A stretch of 63,947 nucleotides of DNA, counting the filler, from Hyphochytrium catenoides (taxonomy: Eukaryota; Protista; Hyphochytriomycota), in assembly GCA_900088475.1 (NCBI GenBank). It is 8 parts of 8 records of this genome, joined end to end, with 100 filler letters (N's around TTAATTAATTAA, not from the genome) between each part and the next. Parts side by side here need not be neighbours in the genome. Positions count along the whole stretch, not along the records: positions 57,861 to 62,530 come from FLMG01000413.1; positions 62,631 to 63,947 come from FLMG01001733.1; 6 more parts are not named here. One strand, written 5' to 3'. A program made the translations under genes and the position numbers. Positions within the stretch are counted from its first letter, which is position 1; the number at the start of each line of letters is the position of its first letter. Under the pieces are notes generated by a model, which made no database searches, was not told the DNA's origin, and was given only the letters and a program-made list of their open reading frames with translations. Positions 61,028-63,947 of the stretch are shown here, piece after piece.

Positions 61028-62164
61028 GTCACCTCCATACTGTCCTGAGACAGCTGAACTGGCCCAGTTGTTGATAAGGTTGAAGTTCAGATCCTTCTTT
61101 CCTGGATTGCCCTCAGCTGCAGGTGCATTACATTCTGTGTGAGCAACATCCCAAGGACGACAGCGAGAGAAGGTGGGGGAAACGAAAGAGGCGGGAGAAA
61201 GAAAGAAAGAGAGAAAGAGAAGAGAGAAAGTCACCTGGTCCAAGACCAAAGACACAGCCTGAGCCCGCGCAAGTGCCGATAACTAGCTTTGAAGGCCCAA
61301 CAATCTTCGTGAAGTTCCTGAAGTCGGTGTCAATGGCCTGAGAATAGATAGCCTGCAGGTGTAAACAGAGAGAGAGAGAGAGAGAGAGAGAGGAATGGCA
61401 AATAGGGAGAGAGTGTGACATCCCAAGAAAAGTCCAAGAAAAGAGAGAAAGAAAGGATGGAGAGGGAAGAGAGAGACAGGGAGAGAGAGAGTTAGAACTT
61501 TAGTGGGAGCAGTAAAACACCAAGCATGTCCAGCTCTGAGGGCCTTTTGTGACCCAGCTACTTCCTCTCCCTTTCTCTTTTCCCTCTCTCATTTTCTTTC
61601 CCTCTCTCTTTCGTTCTCGTTATTGCTCTGCCTTTCTTTGCCTCTCTTTCTGTCTGTCTGACTCTCTCTCTCTTCTCTCTCTCTCGTCCTTCCCTTCTAC
61701 TGACCTTGGCCTGGTCTGGCTTGTCTGCGACATTATAATACATGAGATGGACCCAGTCCACGTACTGCGTGATCTCCGGGAAGTAACAGCGGGCGAACTC
61801 CCCAGTGCAGATGGGATTCGCCTCAAATGCGAGAGCGTCAAAGGTGACAAGGTACTGCCCACTGCAGAGAGAGAGAGAGAGAGAGAGAGAAGAAAGAAAG
61901 CAGGTGAGAGAGAGCAGAGGACCAAGAGGGAGGTCAAACAAAAAGGTAAAGTTGACAAGAGAGAAACGAGAAAAGAACTTTGGCCTAAAGACGCGAAGGC
62001 GTTTCTCCGACCTAGCTGCGAGTTTCTTCACTCTCTCTCCTTTCCATTCTTCTCTCTCTCTTAGAAAAAGGATATTGCGGAAAGTCTGTCACATATGTCC
62101 AGTCCTCTGTCTCTCTTTCTTCTAATTTATCTATTCGGTCCAGCCTTATTTTCACTCCTTTTCC

Positions 62165-62205
<41 letters not shown>

Positions 62206-62444
62206 TTTCTTTCTCTTACCTCGGCATAGCGGCCCTCACTTCTCTCATATAGTCGACCACCTGCTTCTCATTGACTCCCTTGCCGTTGGTCATCTCATCG
62301 TCAATGTCCGCGCCGTCCATCCCAAACTCGTCCACAATCTTCTTCACATTCTGCGCGAAAGCTGTTGGGTCTGTCACCACGAAGCCCGAGCCCGTCTCTA
62401 CGTTGTTGGCGCCACCGATGGAGGCAAGGACGCGTATGCATTGG
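60678..62444 (-). CDS. Glycoside hydrolase family 18 chitinase, 5'-partial
   Basis: Exons 62444-62220, 61861-61705, 61352-61235, 61134-61033 and 60790-60678. Motifs RVLASIGG, intact DxxDxDxE (DGADIDDE), VDWVHLMYYN, SKLVIG, YGGMMLYS. Confidence 0.92.
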
Positions 62445-62454
62445 CTGTGGGGGA

Positions 62455-62493
<39 letters not shown>

Positions 62494-62908
62494 CGAGATG
62501 GAGAGATAGAGCCCAAAGTTGCATCAGGTANNNNNNNNNNNNNNNNNNNNNNNNNNNNNNNNNNNNNNNNNNNNTTAATTAATTAANNNNNNNNNNNNNN
62601 NNNNNNNNNNNNNNNNNNNNNNNNNNNNNNAGAGAGGGAGAGAGAGAGAGAAAGGAGAGCACGTTATGTGCGAGTGGAAGAGACGGAGGGAGTTAGAAAC
62701 AGGAGAACTGTCTGAGGGGAGAGAACAGGATGAGAGGTACATCCCCAGCCTAGCTTTTGGCGGGAGTGAGATGGACGTAATAGGAAAACTGAGAGTGGAG
62801 AGAGGGACACAAAGGGACGCAGTGAATGAGGAGAAAGGAGGTGAAGAGGACCCTAGGGGAGAATGTGGGAACACTAGGGCAACGGGGAGAGAGATAAGTA
62901 TTGTCTAC

Positions 62909-63947
62909 CGCGGTGGGCATCAAGCGGAAAACTTCCATAATCTTCTCAAAGTCTTTGCCTAAGAGCTCAGCTGCCAAGAGCGCCCAGTGAAGGAGAGAAG
63001 ACGGGAGGAAGAGGATGCGATAAGGAAGAGGGCGAGGGGAGAAAGCGGCGGAATGGGCACGGGGCACGGAGGAAAAGGATGGAGGTAGGGGCACAAAGAT
63101 AAACGAAGAGAGCCGTCGCAAGCAAACAGGAGTGGCCAGAGGAGAGAGAGAGCGAAGGGGAGAGAGAAAAACATAGAGAAAGAGAGAGGGAGAGAGAGGG
63201 GAAGAGAGAGAGAAAGCGAAAAAAAGAGAGGCACAGTGGAACAAGCAACCAGAGAGTTCAACTTAGCACGACAAACGTTAAGGGAAAGTCAAGAATAGAG
63301 CACGCGAGACAACCATATAGCACGGAGAGAGGGAGACAGTCAAAGCTGCGGTTATTGGTCCTCAGTTGTCTCTCTACGCTGACCTTCCGCTATCTTGAGA
63401 AGTGCCAGCGCGATCCTGAAGACAATCTTCCATCCTTCGTGCAGGAAGATGTCCCATACACGGACCACGATGTCGAAGGGAAAGCTGTAGGCGTACACAG
63501 TGATGAACCACTGAAGAGTACAGACCGGAAAGGCGTGAACAGGGGCTGAAAGAGAATGTTTCTTCACCACCTCTCCGTCTCTCTCTCCCTCTCTCGCTCC
63601 CGCATTTTATCTTTCTGCCACTCTCCTCCATCACCCCTCCTCTCCCACTTCCTCTGGCGAGCGATCTTCAGCTGCCCTTCTCTCTCTACTCTTTCTTCTC
63701 GGCCATGTCTCTCCGTTCTCTACATTTGGCTGTCGATCTTCTTTGCTTTACTCTCTCTCCCTCTTTTCACTATAGTGTCTCTCTTCGCTATCTCGCTTTT
63801 TGTTCCCTATCTGACTCTAATTTGTACGTTCTGTCGCTTATTCTTGCTTCCTCCCTTCTCTCCCATCTTTCTCTCTCTCCGGCTCTCGCTCTCTCTGTTT
63901 CTCTTAGGCCTCACCTGTGAGGCGTACATGGTAGGATGTACATTCTC
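62909..63947 (-). CDS. Second TBC-domain Rab-GAP (EVI5/RABGAP1-like), partial at both ends
   Basis: Exons 63947-63915, 63510-63384 and 62970-62909 give ENVHPTMYASQWFITVYAYSFPFDIVVRVWDIFLHEGWKIVFRIALALLKIAEAELLGKDFEKIM. Confidence 0.92.

Noticed and set aside
49323-62444. Secreted orphan, Mip FKBP and chitinase as a virulence cluster
   Set aside because: They are interspersed with housekeeping genes and separated by an artificial linker; no shared regulatory motif was seen.

Overview
Eukaryotic nuclear DNA with GT-AG spliceosomal introns, TTAGGG-type telomeric repeats and abundant (GA/TC)n microsatellites. It is probably a protist, possibly a stramenopile (inference from the gene families; low certainty). 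The assembly is a draft: seven artificial 100-bp linkers (N44-TTAATTAATTAA-N44) split the window into eight contigs whose adjacency is not guaranteed. The left ~28 kb is gene-sparse. It holds three intronless genes (a >=576-aa predicted secreted orphan missing from the ORF track, a ~1300-aa 2OG-Fe(II) oxygenase, a WRKY19-like C3H zinc-finger protein) among decayed, TAG/CTA-rich sequence, interstitial telomeric repeats, a perfect tRNA-iMet primer-binding site and possible mobile-element fossils. The right ~36 kb is gene-dense and intron-rich. Hand-spliced genes there are cystinosin, a >=22-exon multi-EF-hand protein, glyoxalase II, an SLC25 carrier, a secreted low-complexity protein with a DNAJB6/8-like S/T-rich and beta region plus a Q/M/N tail, a secreted Mip-type FKBP, two TBC Rab-GAPs, FAM204A and a GH18 chitinase. 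No CRISPR, rRNA or tRNA was seen. No complete new system can be demonstrated from sequence alone. The best leads are the two secreted orphans, the telomere-repeat/PBS structures and a possible RIP-like mutation signature. All homology calls are from motif recognition, not database searches.
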